From the NCBI RefSeq assembly GCF_964355755.1, contig NC_092671.1, positions 33,924,304 to 33,988,303 on the forward strand: DNA of 64,000 nt, given 5' to 3'. Position 1 is the first letter of the stretch; every line of letters starts with the position of its first letter. Under the pieces are notes generated by a model. The model was not told the origin of the DNA, ran no database searches, and saw nothing but the letters and a program-made list of their open reading frames with translations. The stretch is from Antedon mediterranea. Lineage: Eukaryota > Animalia > Echinodermata. Position numbers and translations under genes: made by a program. Positions 23,801 through 36,569 of this stretch are shown here, one piece after another.

Positions 23801-26800
23801 ATAACGATTTTGAAAAAACAACCAAAAAAAAAAACGTTCATGAATGAAATTTTTTTTCTGTGAATAGAGCAACCTATATTGAACATATAAAAAAAGTTTC
23901 AAATGTTTTTAAATCGAAAAGTATTTTTTATCGATGTTTTTTGTATACTGTTTTTAAGCAAAATTCTATCATAACCCTAATTTTTAATGTTCAATGTGAT
24001 ATTTATTGAAGTGCTTTGAATACGTTGATGAAATTTGGAGGTAAGAAACTTTGTTAGGAGTAGAATCAGCTTTAAGCATTAAATGTTAAAAATATGTTTA
24101 TAATTGCTCATTAATTAATAATAATTATTAATAAATTAATAGAAAACTAGAGAGGGCGCTTTTCGACAAGAAAATGAATGTTTTTTTATGTGTGTTATTT
24201 TTCCGCTCGAGTTTATTCAATGTACTGTAATATACACTGTTACATACTATTTTATTGGGAAGTAATTATTTCTGTGTGAATCTTCTTGAAGTTGTTTGAA
24301 AGCCTATCCTCTTACTTCTTTTCTTCAGAAAACATCTAATTTAGGTCTTAAAGTGACAACTATACACCTCGCATCACCAACCTCCAACACACCAGATTCT
24401 GCCCACACACACTTCATCTCCTGAACTAACATAGTACAGTATAAGTCAAATTAATTGTTTTAATTTTTTTTTATTGAAATCAATCTGCCTCAAAAAATAT
24501 TATAATAGTAACAATAACAGAAAGGTAGATAGGTATTTTAATAATTTTTAAATTAAAAAATGTAAAAAAAAATGAATAAATGTTTATACATTATAAAAGT
24601 AATAAAATAACTACTATTTTAGTAATGCATACACAAGTACAGAATATCAGAAATCAATGAATTATGTGTCTAAATATGGCATTATTAGGCTAATTTGCTT
24701 TGAGAAAAACATTAATGCCATTGGCCTATACACAAATCCAATGCAATTAGACAAAATAGTTACATAAACAATTATTACTAATATTGGTAGGCATAAAATA
24801 AAAGTGTATATAAACTTTCCTTAAATATAAACAGTATAGGGCCTTACCAATTTATTTAATACATAATATATAAACTATATTACCACAAAATAAATATAAA
24901 TGAATTTATAAGGACATGATGATTATCAAAAATAGTCAATATAATTTAATATTATTTCATATTATTATAATTATTATATCATAAAGATTTTCAAAAACAT
25001 AGTTTGATAACATTTAGTTTATGTTAGATATCAGACCTTTAATATTTGGAAATAACCTATAATAACTATAAAACATTCTTCTTTTGAACGCAGTATGCAT
25101 ATGTAGATACAGTACACATATATTGTAAGAACACAATTTCAATAATTTCTTTGTTAGTTATCAACCTAGGGGTTAAGTTATTAGGAAAACATTGGTTTAT
25201 TTTTTATATAAATTATAAGTACAGAAATTCGTTCTTCTAGCCTCAGATCATTCCTGAAGTTAGACATAAATCACCCAAAGTAGTATTAAGTAATGGATAT
25301 TAGATGAAGTACAGTACAAACATTTTTCAGGATACTTTATGTTAAAAGGTGATAATTAGTTTAAATTTTACCCCGATGAAATTTATTCAATTACCAGATT
25401 GAAGTATGGTGGAAACACTACTATATGGCAGAATAAATGTACTCATGTAGAACACAGTCAGTTCTACCAAGGTTAGAGGTGTGCCACAATTTGAGATAAG
25501 TGGAAACATGACTTTTTCAATAGTAAACTCATTACCAGCATTATAAATACAATTTTAAAAAGATGAGAATGCAAGTAAATATTAGATTCATAGTCTTCAT
25601 TATGCACAATGATTATCTACTATCACATATTAAAATATAAAACAATCATATAGCCTTTAATGAATTTAAATGGAGGTCTATCCAAATAAATTTAAATAAA
25701 AGGGTCGTAATATGTCTTTGTCACTCTCCAGCTCGTGGAAAATGAAGTTAGGATTCCATCATTTCAACAACAAAAAATATTCAAAATATCCTGCCAGTTT
25801 GCATACAAGAATATAACCTGCTTAGTTTTTAATACGAGTACTGCTTTCTATACACATAACTTTGATTTCTGCAAAAAAAAAAAAAATCTCTGTAATAATG
25901 TACTTTAATTACTGTAATAATCTAGGCGTAGATTATGTTGACCGGGCCAGTGACAGGACGATCGACTGTACTACCATAAGTCCTCTAGGTGGATACAATT
26001 TATTTCTTGTCTACAAAGTGTACAGTAGTATGCTAATTAGGTAGTTGGAGTAGTTTGGAGAGATACATCTATTTATAAGAGAGTACTGTATATATCAAAC
26101 TATCTGTGTTGGCCGCCTTTGTATTTTTATATAGGTACCATGTATTGGGATGCAATTTAACAGTTATGAATAAAAAATCTCTGTATGATGCTTTAGTGCA
26201 TTTTTCAGCTGTGAAATATAAAATTGTTAATTGAAAAAGAAAATTTAGGGTGATCATCCCAGTATTTACAGTCTAAATTTGATACTTTATGCAACAATAG
26301 GCATAAACGATTTTTAAATTAACAGGTATAAAAGCAAATTGAAAGCCCTACGTACTCTGTATTTGGAGGAAATAAGCATAAGAGCAAATAAAGCCTTGAC
26401 CACAGGGTGTAATTCACTATTTTGAATCAGTAGTACGACTACTGTACTTATGTGTTGGACCATACTGTAATGTGGTCCAGGTTGACGGGCCAGGAATGAT
26501 GGTAGTGCCAGTATATCGTTTACTGTAGTTTAGCCTCAAGGCAATACCATGTAGCTGGAGTACCTTGGAGAAATACAGTAGAGATTTATGAGACTTGGTG
26601 TGTGATGATTCAGTATGATAATTTCTCCTGTGAAAGAAAAAATTGTTGAACTATGAAGAAAATATTGTAAAATATAACAAGAAAATTATACTATAGTATA
26701 ATTAAGGGGTAACCGTATAATATATAATTATAATAAATGCAATGGCAATTACTAATATTGTGTATACAATATTACATTTAAATTCATATATTATTTTATT

Positions 26801-27153
26801 ATGATAAGGAAATCTGTTTTAGAATGAGAAAAAGCCGCCCCAACCCAGCTATCAATAAAGCTACAGTATAAACAGAATGAATAGACCATTATTGTAACCG
26901 GTCTGGGTATAGCATAGACCTACTCTACTCTAGGCCTAGTAAGATTAGCTAGAAGGATACAGGTCAACACGTACCCATGCCAACAACGTACCAAAATTTT
27001 GGTTTACTCATACCCAAAATGTTGGCCCACTCCTGCACATCATGGGCTGGCTCGTACTCATCATGGGCTGGAGCGCCTGTACCCATGTTTAATGCTATTA
27101 AAAGTATATTTATATTACATATACGGGTTGGTTTGGGTACGGGTTGACCAGGA

Positions 27154-28346
27154 CGCGATTTTTTTTTTCGTACATAAGTTGGGGACCCCATCATGAAACG
27201 TCACAAAATAAACATGAATAATTCATCAGTTAAATTTTCTTGTTCCGTGTGCACCCAAGCGTATAGCAACAAGAAGTGATTACACAAGTGCGGTACGATT
27301 CTAGGCCTATCTCCGCTGATTTCATAATAGAATAGCGGAGTTTTGTGTGGATAGTCGAAATAATCAGCCTTTAGTTTATGGTGTTTTTAATATAGTTTAT
27401 TACTAAAGAATTACGTGTTAAAATTATAGTTCCTATTGATACTATTAGGCCTAATTACTAGTCTCTAAACCCCTGTATATTCTAGAGTAGTGGGTGTGTG
27501 TGACTTGTGTCTTTGGGCTATGTCCAATTACTACTTAGTTTAATGTCTTGCCTAGCTGTCGATTAGCCTCGACACATTTTGCATAGTGGACGTGTGTGTG
27601 AAGAAGAGTGCGCGAAGGCAATATCATGAATTGACCTAGAATCCTAGGCCTATTATTGTAGAAAGAATCGTATCGCAGTTGTTGTTCCGTGTGCACCCAA
27701 GCGTTCTTGGACATAGCCCAAAGAAAGCTTAGACCCACAAGAATAAAGAATGTGTATAATTTGTGTACTGTATTTTTTTAATTCTGCTATCAATTATCAA
27801 ACAATATGCAATGTACTCAAAGGAACTTTAAAAATGCGCGTATATGAACACATGAGATGGGAAGATTTGACCCACGAGAATAAAAAATGTATTTTTGTGT
27901 AATGTTTATTGTTTAATTTTGCTGACTTATACTCGGATTGTGTCATACCAAAGATAGTGTAACTATCTTTGGTCATACCTAACACACACACACGTCACAC
28001 ACATCCACACAGCTACTACTAGAATAGACATGGGTTTAGAGACTAATAATTAGGCCTAATAGTATTAATAGAAACTATAATTTTAACACGTAATTCTTTA
28101 GTAATAAATTATATTAAAAACACCATAAACTAAAGGCCGATTATTTCGACAATCCACACAAAACGCCGCTATTCTTCAACAGCGGAGATAGGCCTAGAAT
28201 CGTACCGCACTTGTGTAATCACTTCTTGTTGCTATACGCTTGGGTGCACACACGGAACAAGAAAATTTAACTGATGAATTATTCATGTTTATTTTGTGAC
28301 GTTTCATGAGGGGGTCCCCAACTTATGTACGAAAAAAAAAATCGCG
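27154..28346. mobile_element. CGCG-terminal foldback MITE, copy B (opposite orientation to copy A)
   Basis: Same termini as 10768-11998; 7-bp TSD ACCAGGA. Confidence 0.9.
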
Positions 28347-28890
28347 ACCAGGACACCCTAGCTAGAATACGGGTCAACTCGTACCAATGGCTGCCAACTC
28401 GTACCCATCAGGCATCATGGATGGGCTAGAATACTACTTACAGGTTAGGTTAGCCTAGCTAGCTGGGCTAACCTACCTCACCTCTCACATGTCCTGAAAA
28501 GTAGGCCGAAAATGCGACCGAAATTACTGAAGCCCAGCAACCAACCAACCAGGCCTAGGCCTACTTAATTTAAAATTAACTCTATAGGCCTAGGCTAGCT
28601 AGCCCTAGATAGATTAATTAGTGATCCGTAGTAGTGGGCTAATACCTTTGGCTCTACTACGTCTACGAGGCCTTTTTATGCTCATAGGATAGCTTTTTTG
28701 CGGCGTACCTAATCTAGGCCTATGCCTATCTAGGCCAGATTTCCCATTCTCACAGGACTATAGCCTATGCTCTAGTAGGGCTAGTGGGTGTACCCTGGTC
28801 GACTCGTACCCATGCCAACTCGTACTTAACTTCCTACCCACCCCCTCATACCACCCAAATAATTGGTTGATTTCACGCTAGTAGGCCTAG

Positions 28891-29733
28891 GGTTTCGATC
28901 CAAGTCGGCCCTAAACCGTCTCGGCCAAAGTCAAGTCGGCCCCAAGTCAAGTCGGCCCCAAGTCAACTCGGCCTCAAGTCAACTCGGCCTCACGTCAACT
29001 CGGCCAAAAATAATCGGTCAACTCGGCCCCGTTAAAGTATGGAACGCAAAAAGTGCAAATGAAGGGGATTGATAAAATAATATTTCTTCTTTTTTAACTA
29101 TGAATAATTCTAACTTTTAATGAATATTATTATGTAGACAATAATATATTTAGCAAAAAAAAAAGGAATGATTTCAACAACTTTCCTTTAATTATTTACG
29201 TTTAATAAAATTTCTTAGCTGAGCCTCCCTGCGCGTTTGCCAGCTTTTTCGATATCTACAACTGCTACGTGTTTTCGCTGACCGGGGGATTCCCCTTTTT
29301 TTAAAAACGCAAATCATGCACAAAAACGATGTACGATCATTTTTTCTATGGCCAAATGGTGGAACGTAGGCCTCCGTCTTCGATTTCCTAAAATACGGTA
29401 CCTGCACGTGTTTTTTGGTAACACGCGGGTACTTCTATTCATATCGGCAATGAGTTCATTTTTTTATATGATATTATATTTTTTATTTCTTCATTTTTTT
29501 TAAAACGTGGATAGTAAGAATCGTAATAATATTAAGCACTTTTTGCGTTCCATACTTTATTGTGGCCGAGTTGACCGATTAGTTTTTGGCCGAGTTGACG
29601 TGAGGCCGAGTTGACTTGAGGCCGAGTTGACTTGAGGCCGAGTTGACTTGAGGCCGAGTTGACTTGGGGCCGACTTGACGTGGGCCGACTTGACTTTGGC
29701 CGAGACGGTTTGGGGCCGACTTGACCTGCACCC
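28891..29733. mobile_element. MULE-like MITE with 16-bp subterminal tandem repeats
   Basis: Inverted arrays of CAAGTCAACTCGGCCT at both ends; TSD AGGCCTAG (8 bp, or 9 bp with one mismatch). Confidence 0.8.
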
Positions 29734-29839
29734 AGGCCTAGCCTAGCTACGATATTCATTATGCCCTGCTAAAAAGGTAGATGAGCTACTAAACTAATTA
29801 CGTAATTCGTACAATAATTGACTAGGCCTAGGCCTTTCT

Positions 29840-31375
29840 GGCGCTAATGCAGTTTCGTACCCACCCCTTAAAATTACTCAAAATGATTTCAATACTTCAT
29901 CTAGCCTACTCACGAGTTGTCTACAGCATTCAGCAAGCATAAAATGGTAAAATATCGATAATTTCTTATTTATAACTATTTTTAATCAATTAATAATTGA
30001 GCACCCTTTAGAAATCCATCGCCAGCTTAGCTTCGCGAATATCATCGCTAGGCCTGCCGATGAAAGTACGGAGGCCTCATAGGGCATCGATCTATAGAGG
30101 ACGCTGTTATGATCATATTATGGCGATAATAAAATATTTTTTACATGTTCCTCGTGAAACGGATTTTAAGTTTTTTTCATAAAGAAATATTTTGTGTTTA
30201 ATTATGTTGTTAATTTTTAGAAATTCTATTTACTTTGAATATTGTGTGACAGTGTTATTGTCTTGTCAAATTATATTTTTTGTAAGGGTCCCTAATGATC
30301 AGCTTCGGCTGGATGGACCACCCTCATAAAATATTGTTGAAATAAATTAATGAATAGTTGCTTCATTATTTAATGTTTTATTTGATTTTATTTTAATAAA
30401 CACAACAGGAAAGAAGATAAAAAAGAAGAAATGAAAGACATGAAATGATGTATTCAGTGTCAGCAGAAGTAAAATAAATTCTAGTAATTGATGGAAAACA
30501 TTTTTATTATAATTATTGTATTACTGTACATTACATTTCAATAAATTATATCTTTCTGTTTTTGTTGAATTTCCTATTTCCATGTATTTGAAGAGGTCTT
30601 TCATAGGTGTATAAAAAATGTTAATTAATAATAATATACTTCTATAAAATCTTAAAACAGGGAAACCATTAGCGTTTCTAGTATTATATAGCTAGTGATA
30701 ACAAATACTAAAACAATTAATTCGTCATAGCTTGATTATTGTGTTATAACATTAACAATGTAACTCAAGGAATGAAGTACTGTAATTCTTTTTATTCATT
30801 TCATTTATTTATTTGACCTACAAACCATAATGTAAAATAAACTAAAACAGAGGAAAATTGGTCAGTAGTACTTATATATCTTCAAGAGTCAGCAGTTCCA
30901 TATTTATCTTCTTTTCTGTGTGAAATTCTACTAGTAAAATGAAAGAACAAATTAAAAACATAACATAATTATGATGATACCCACAATGATGAATACAGCA
31001 ATTGTATAGTATTTCTTTTATTAAAAATACGAAACGCATGTCGGAAATAATGAAAATTATAATTATTTGGTGCGTGCTTTAAACGTTAGTAACTACGCCC
31101 TCTATAGAACGCAACTGTTTACTCTATTAATAGAGTTAATGTCCTGTGAGGCCTCCGTACTTTTATCGGCAGGCCTAGCGATGATTTTCGCGAAGCTAAG
31201 CTGGCGATGTATTTCCGAAGGGTGCTCAGTATTAATTGATTAAAAATAGTTTTAAATAAAAAAATTTCGATTTTTTACAATTTTATGATTGCAGAATGTT
31301 GTAGACAACTCGTGAGTAGGTTGGATGAAGATTTTGAGTAATTTTAAGGGGTGGGTACGAAACTGCATTAGCGCC
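29840..31375. mobile_element. Merlin-like non-autonomous DNA element
   Basis: TIR GGCGCTAATGCAGTTTCGTACCCACCCCTTAAAATTACTCAAAAT extending ~260 bp; 8-bp TSD GCCTTTCT. GG termini with an 8-bp TSD fit Merlin. Confidence 0.75.
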
Positions 31376-31597
31376 GCCTTTCTTTCATGGCAATACCATA
31401 ACCTGCTACTATTCTGGTTGCCGAGTGGATTTTATATTGAATATAGCCTATAACGTTACAAATTGTCTCCAGATAGGAACCTAATGACAGCGATATCGTG
31501 TATTAAAAGTACTTAATACAGTCAGATAGGTCTCTGGTAGACTGTCGACAGTCTTCCACGTTGAGTGTAGGCCTACTAACAGCTACAGAATCGGGTG

Positions 31598-31753
31598 ACA
31601 AATAAGGTTTTATCCCTATCCTTGCCAACCTCAATAGCGCCAAGCATATTATCTTTAAGATCAACAAGTTTAACAACATCGTGTAATGTTTTCCTAAATA
31701 GTGTCGCTACACCCCCATATGGCCGTCCCACAAGTAATGAGGCCGAATCCATG
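31598..31753 (-). mobile_element. LINE ORF2 piece 2 (APE endonuclease)
   Basis: Minus strand reads MDSASLLVGRPYGGVATLFRK...DKTLF and joins in frame on both sides. Confidence 0.85.
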
Positions 31754-34181
31754 TAGTCGGGTCAAAATATGAAAATATAGGGCCTAACCCCAAAAAAATT
31801 GCAAGAAAATGGTTTTTGAAGAATTACAATAAAAAATGGTCTAAAAAAACATATATCAAAAGTTTACCAAAATCGGACTACCGCAAAGGTTCAAAATTTG
31901 ACGTTAAAAAAGATGGCCGCCAATGTAACCGCTTGTAGTAGACAGCTGTATTTGGTGTCAAATTGTTCAAAATATATATGTTTAAATTTACACTTTTTGA
32001 ACATTTTGTTGCAACATGACCGTAAATTCCATTTTGTGACCTTTGACATAATATGGCATGACATTTATATATCTACGTAACTGCAAATCACAGAGTCTTG
32101 ATATTGGTGTCAAAATGTTTAGAACATACATATTTATATTTACCCTTTATTAAACATTTTGTTCAAAAATAACCGAAACATAAGGTTTTGACCTTTGTTA
32201 CTTATGGCATGAAATATTTTCCCATACATGTACAGGAGGCATGTTTTACGCGAATGATATTTTCATGCAGAGCCTATCAGCTTTTACGCACTTAGACACA
32301 CAGCGTGTTGAAGTTTCATATGTAGTGTTTTGTAAAAATTGTTAAATATCAAATACCTAAATTACAGATTAATAATAGAGGAATCTTTATTTGTAATAAC
32401 TGCCAGGTTTGTGGTGGACGCTCAGTTTAACTGTTTGTTCCGACATACCACTCTTCTGCTCCTTTGTAATTTCGTCCTCGTATAAATGCTCAACACACTT
32501 TCCAAAAAAAATCTGGAATGGGAATATTTGATGCACATTTACATTTCGATGGAGAGTTCAGATGTTTTTATGATTTTTGTTGCCATATTTTGTAGCGAGA
32601 AGTTAAATTGTGTCATATTTGGTTTGTACAGTATTTGGATTTTTTTCACAGTTTTTGTCTTTCGTCGGAAATTATTTGCAGAAAAAGTGGATGCGGTGTA
32701 GATTCTCAGCAGAGCCTGTATAATGGTTGTGGTGAATGATTACTTTCAAATCTGATAATTAATTCATCTGTTGATTTTCCATCATTGTTCCCAGTTTCCC
32801 ATAACTTTTGGTAGATGTTCGACTCGTGACAATTCCAACTGTGCGATAGTTTTCTCCTTTTCAGACGTTCCATCTAGATGTAATGTATGATTGATTGGAT
32901 TTGTCAAGCAGTTTTGCGAGGATGACAACTAAAACCATGTGTATTTTTGATAACGGCTCTGCCTCCAAGCTTCCAAGTTGTGAAACACATGTAGTTTATA
33001 GCATTTCTAGCTCCAACAATATACTTTGTTGTTGTTGTTTAATAAATCCATAATTTAACTATTTTATCATTGTAATGTCCATGTTCATATTACGTCTTCA
33101 TCACTCTGTTTTTTCACTTCTTCGTCATTTCTTCAAGTTTGCTTGCTAAAGATTTGAGGCATGTTCAAGAAGAATTCCATTATATTTTGTTTTCATTATT
33201 GCACCACAGCTCTTACAACTTTCTCACCCTTTAACCTCCTCCTTCCTTTAATCCTTGTAAACGTGCTAGTTTGAATTGTTTCACTTCTCCCTTGTTATTG
33301 CTTCCAATTACTTTGATTTAATCTGTAACTGTTCAGCTTTTAACTCATTGATATCATATCAGAGGCCAATGTGCTATAGATGGTTTTAATTCTTCCTTTT
33401 GATGACATTTCTTGGTGTGTATCGTGATATTTATTATCTTGCATCTATTATTTTTACATTATTTTCAAACTGTATAGTTCCACAATCAAGTTCCTTTGCC
33501 ATTGTTTTCATTTGATTGTTTTCACTGCCATTTTGTCATGCAATTCTTCCAGATCCTGTAGGCTCTGCATAGACATCGTGTCAAAGGGAAAACCATGTGT
33601 TTTCGATTATTTTTCAACAAAATTTTCAAAAACAGTTATATAAATATGTATGTTCTGAAAATGTTGACACCAATATCAAGGTTCTATGATTTTTAGTTAC
33701 GTAGATATGAACATTTTTTTATGCCATATATGGGTCAAAGGTCACAAAATGGAATTTCCGGTCATGTTTCAACAAAATGTTTAAAAAGGGTAAATATAAA
33801 TATGTATGTTCTAAACATTTTGACACCAATATCAAGAATCTGTGATTTGCAGTTACGTAGATATATAAACGTCATGCCATATATGTCAAAGGTCACAAAA
33901 TGGAATTTCCGGTCATATTTCAACAAAATGTTCAAAAAGTGTAAATATAAACATATATATTTTGAACAATTTGACATCAAAAACAGCTGTCTACCCTACA
34001 AGCGGTTACCGATTTTCAAAAATTGGCGGCCATCTTTTTTAACGTCAAATTTTGAACCTTTGCGGTAGTCCGATTTTGGTAAACTTTTGATATATTTTTT
34101 TTGAGACCATTTTTTATTGTAATTCATCAAAAAACTTTTCTTGCAATTTTGTTGGGGTAATGAAACAGTTTAATTCGACTA
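31754..34181. mobile_element. Academ-like non-autonomous element
   Basis: TAGTCG...CGACTA termini, 3-bp TSD ATG, ~450-bp TIRs with internal TGACCTTTG / TTGGTGTCAAA repeats. Confidence 0.8.
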
Positions 34182-35330
34182 ATGGGGGAAACGCTAAAAC
34201 AATCAAAATCGGGGTGAAAATTTTTAAGCATGTTTAGCTCATCATTTGTCAACCAAATCTCTTGTAAACATACAATGTCATGAACATCACAGAGATCATA
34301 AATTTCTTTTTGAGCACATTTAAAAGAATTACAGTTAAGGGAGACTACCCTAAGTTTGTTAATTTTATGTGAGTCATTCATTACCCTGCTTATATTTAGG
34401 TTCATAAAACCTCCTAATGAAAGCATACTTTGGCCAGATATTAGTATCATTAACAATATTATACAATATTTTTGTCATTGAATTCACATTGTATCTTGAA
34501 AGAGGCACAGTCTGTTCGTTTACTTTCAAGAGCATTGACGGTGACAGTAATGTTCTTGGCTCTTTTCAGGTATGATTGCACATCTGTTGCTTTAGTGTCA
34601 TTATCCATATTACCCAGGTATAGTTTATAAGGTGGTGGAGGCCTAGCCTTAAGTTCAATACCCTCATCACCGGTTCCTCGTTTAAATTTGGACTGACGGC
34701 GTTGTTTTCTTCTTTGAAAGCGAAATCCATCCTCATCTTCACTCCAGCCTGAGCTCACCTTTGTGTTCTTTACAGCAGACGCGAATGTGTTCATTGGATT
34801 AACAGGAATACAAGCTGATGATGCAGGTTGAACATCGCCTTCTTTAGTATGGGGATTCCCCTTACGAGGATTCCCTTCTATATACTAACAATTGCTTCAG
34901 CGGACGGAATTTGAGAATTCTTACAATCATGTGGTTTATAATACGGTTCGTCAGGAATAACTATTTGCTTTGTTGGATAATTCTCAGGTTTACGGGTAGT
35001 CAGTGCAGGAGAATGCTGTGTCTGCATAGCTTCTCTCACTTGCTGGGCTAATTTGCATCTCTGGTTGCATAAGCGATATCTGCCTTCATCATGTTAAAAT
35101 CCGATAGCAGTTTGTGAATCTCTCTGAGCAGCAAAGTTGCTCAATGTGTTCCACATCTACAAATGGGATTTTAGACAGATTTGCAGCTGTGAATGTAGGC
35201 AAAGACGATGCATCACAATTTACCAGGTGCATGTCAGTTACATGCACATAGTAAATCCTTTGCAGCTTTAATGTCATTTAACGTGAACTTTGCAACAGTA
35301 ATTGCGTGAAGACGGTCAAAAGTCATTGAA
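34182..35330 (-). mobile_element. LINE ORF1 (RRM-like) and ORF2 piece 1 (APE N-terminus)
   Basis: ORF2 start LRVVSLNCNSF..DIVCLQEIWL; ORF1 fragments LPTFTAANLSKIP and KLYLGNMDNDTKATDVQSYL..ASFKI. Confidence 0.8.
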
Positions 35331-36569
35331 CCCATGTTATTAACGAGAAAGCACAAAAATTCATTAATTAAAACATCACCTGGTTACAGAAGATAGTAGA
35401 TCACTGGTACTAGTTGATGGCACGTCAATGTCATTAGTTAATTCCTTGGCTACCCAAGTTTTTTAGTACGTTGAACGCCGCAGCTGGATGACGTCATAGC
35501 GAGTAGCACTCCTGTGAAGCCCTAAGGCAAGCCTGTCAATCAAAATGATTGATTGGTATTGACAGGGGCTAGCTGTCAAAGGCCAAAATTAATGAACATA
35601 AACACCAGTACACTGATGCAAACTGTCCTCCTTTTAGTCACAATACCTTCTTCTTTTGAAAACTATAAAGCATAGTCATCAAATAATGCAATATATATAA
35701 AAAACGAGAGAATTATCTCAAAATTTTGGAGCCGGAAAAAAGGCGGTCATCGCCTCCAAACGCCCTCAATATAATAATAATAATAATAATTTATGGTTGA
35801 TGATCAACTGGTTTAGTATTATTTATGATTTTCAGACAAATTTTAAAAGCTTTCATGAAAATGGTCTGTCAAAATCTGTGTTGTTTTCTTATCTCATCTC
35901 ATCTAAAAAACACAGAAATGTTTTTAAACCGCTTTAAAATAAAGCTAACATTATGAAGCACAAATAAGTATCAAAATTGTATTTTTTAGTTTTCCGGTGG
36001 CCGCTTATGGGATGTACCAAATGCACTAATTTGATAGGAAGAACAAACGGGCTTTTGAAAGTGCGGTCGTTAGAGAGAGGTGGCCTCTTAGGGGAGGTGG
36101 TGGCCGCTCACGGAGGTTCAACTGTAATTCTAATCTACCCGATGTAAATAATATTAATTATCACTTTAAACAAATATGGTTTGTTATGTACATTTCCTGC
36201 CTTTGTATCACTATCCAATTAAACTGAACTTTTTTGTATCTCTTTTATATCACAGGCAGAATCTCGATGAGATGTACAAGTATACAGTAAATAAAAACCG
36301 TTAATTACATAATATTTACAAAGTATGCATTTTTATGATAGTTGTCATGCCTCTGGTACTGGTATCTTTTTACCCAATGTGATTGGCAACCAAAGACCGC
36401 GAAACTTCTTCATAAGATTCATCTTTACTGCCATTTAGTACGCCCTCTAGACTTCAGCTTAATATTATCCCTATGTTGATAACTCAAATACTAAAGTGAA
36501 TTAAAAATGCTAACTTTGATAGACTATGGTTTAAGTCCGGGTTGAATAAGCTTGCTTTCCTTAAAAATA

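Larger units (their letters stand above)
13726..31597. mobile_element. Giant palindromic foldback DNA element, copy 2 (complete arms, six nested insertions)
   Basis: Same CACCCGATTC termini; perfect 7-bp TSD ACAAATA (13719-13725, 31598-31604); symmetry centre near 23770. Subtracting the six insertions and their TSDs leaves ~8.46 kb. Confidence 0.92.

Noticed and set aside
2360-26257. Repeated short ORFs (MITLNFLF..., MENEVRIP..., MISAKKKK...) as genes
   Set aside because: They recur only because the arms are repeated, cross a variable poly-T/A tract and show no recognisable domain.
28900-29725. Repeat arrays and S/R/P/Q-rich ORFs as an array system or protein
   Set aside because: They are inverted subterminal repeats of a MITE, and the ORFs are translations of those repeats.
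618-31597. Giant palindromes as assembly or amplification artefacts
   Set aside because: Each copy has its own TSD, arm-specific insertions with clean TSDs and arm-specific substitutions, and the flanks rejoin into continuous Helitron and LINE sequence.
32400-33550. Coding remnant inside the Academ-like element
   Set aside because: Composition looks coding-derived, but no motif could be recognised by eye.
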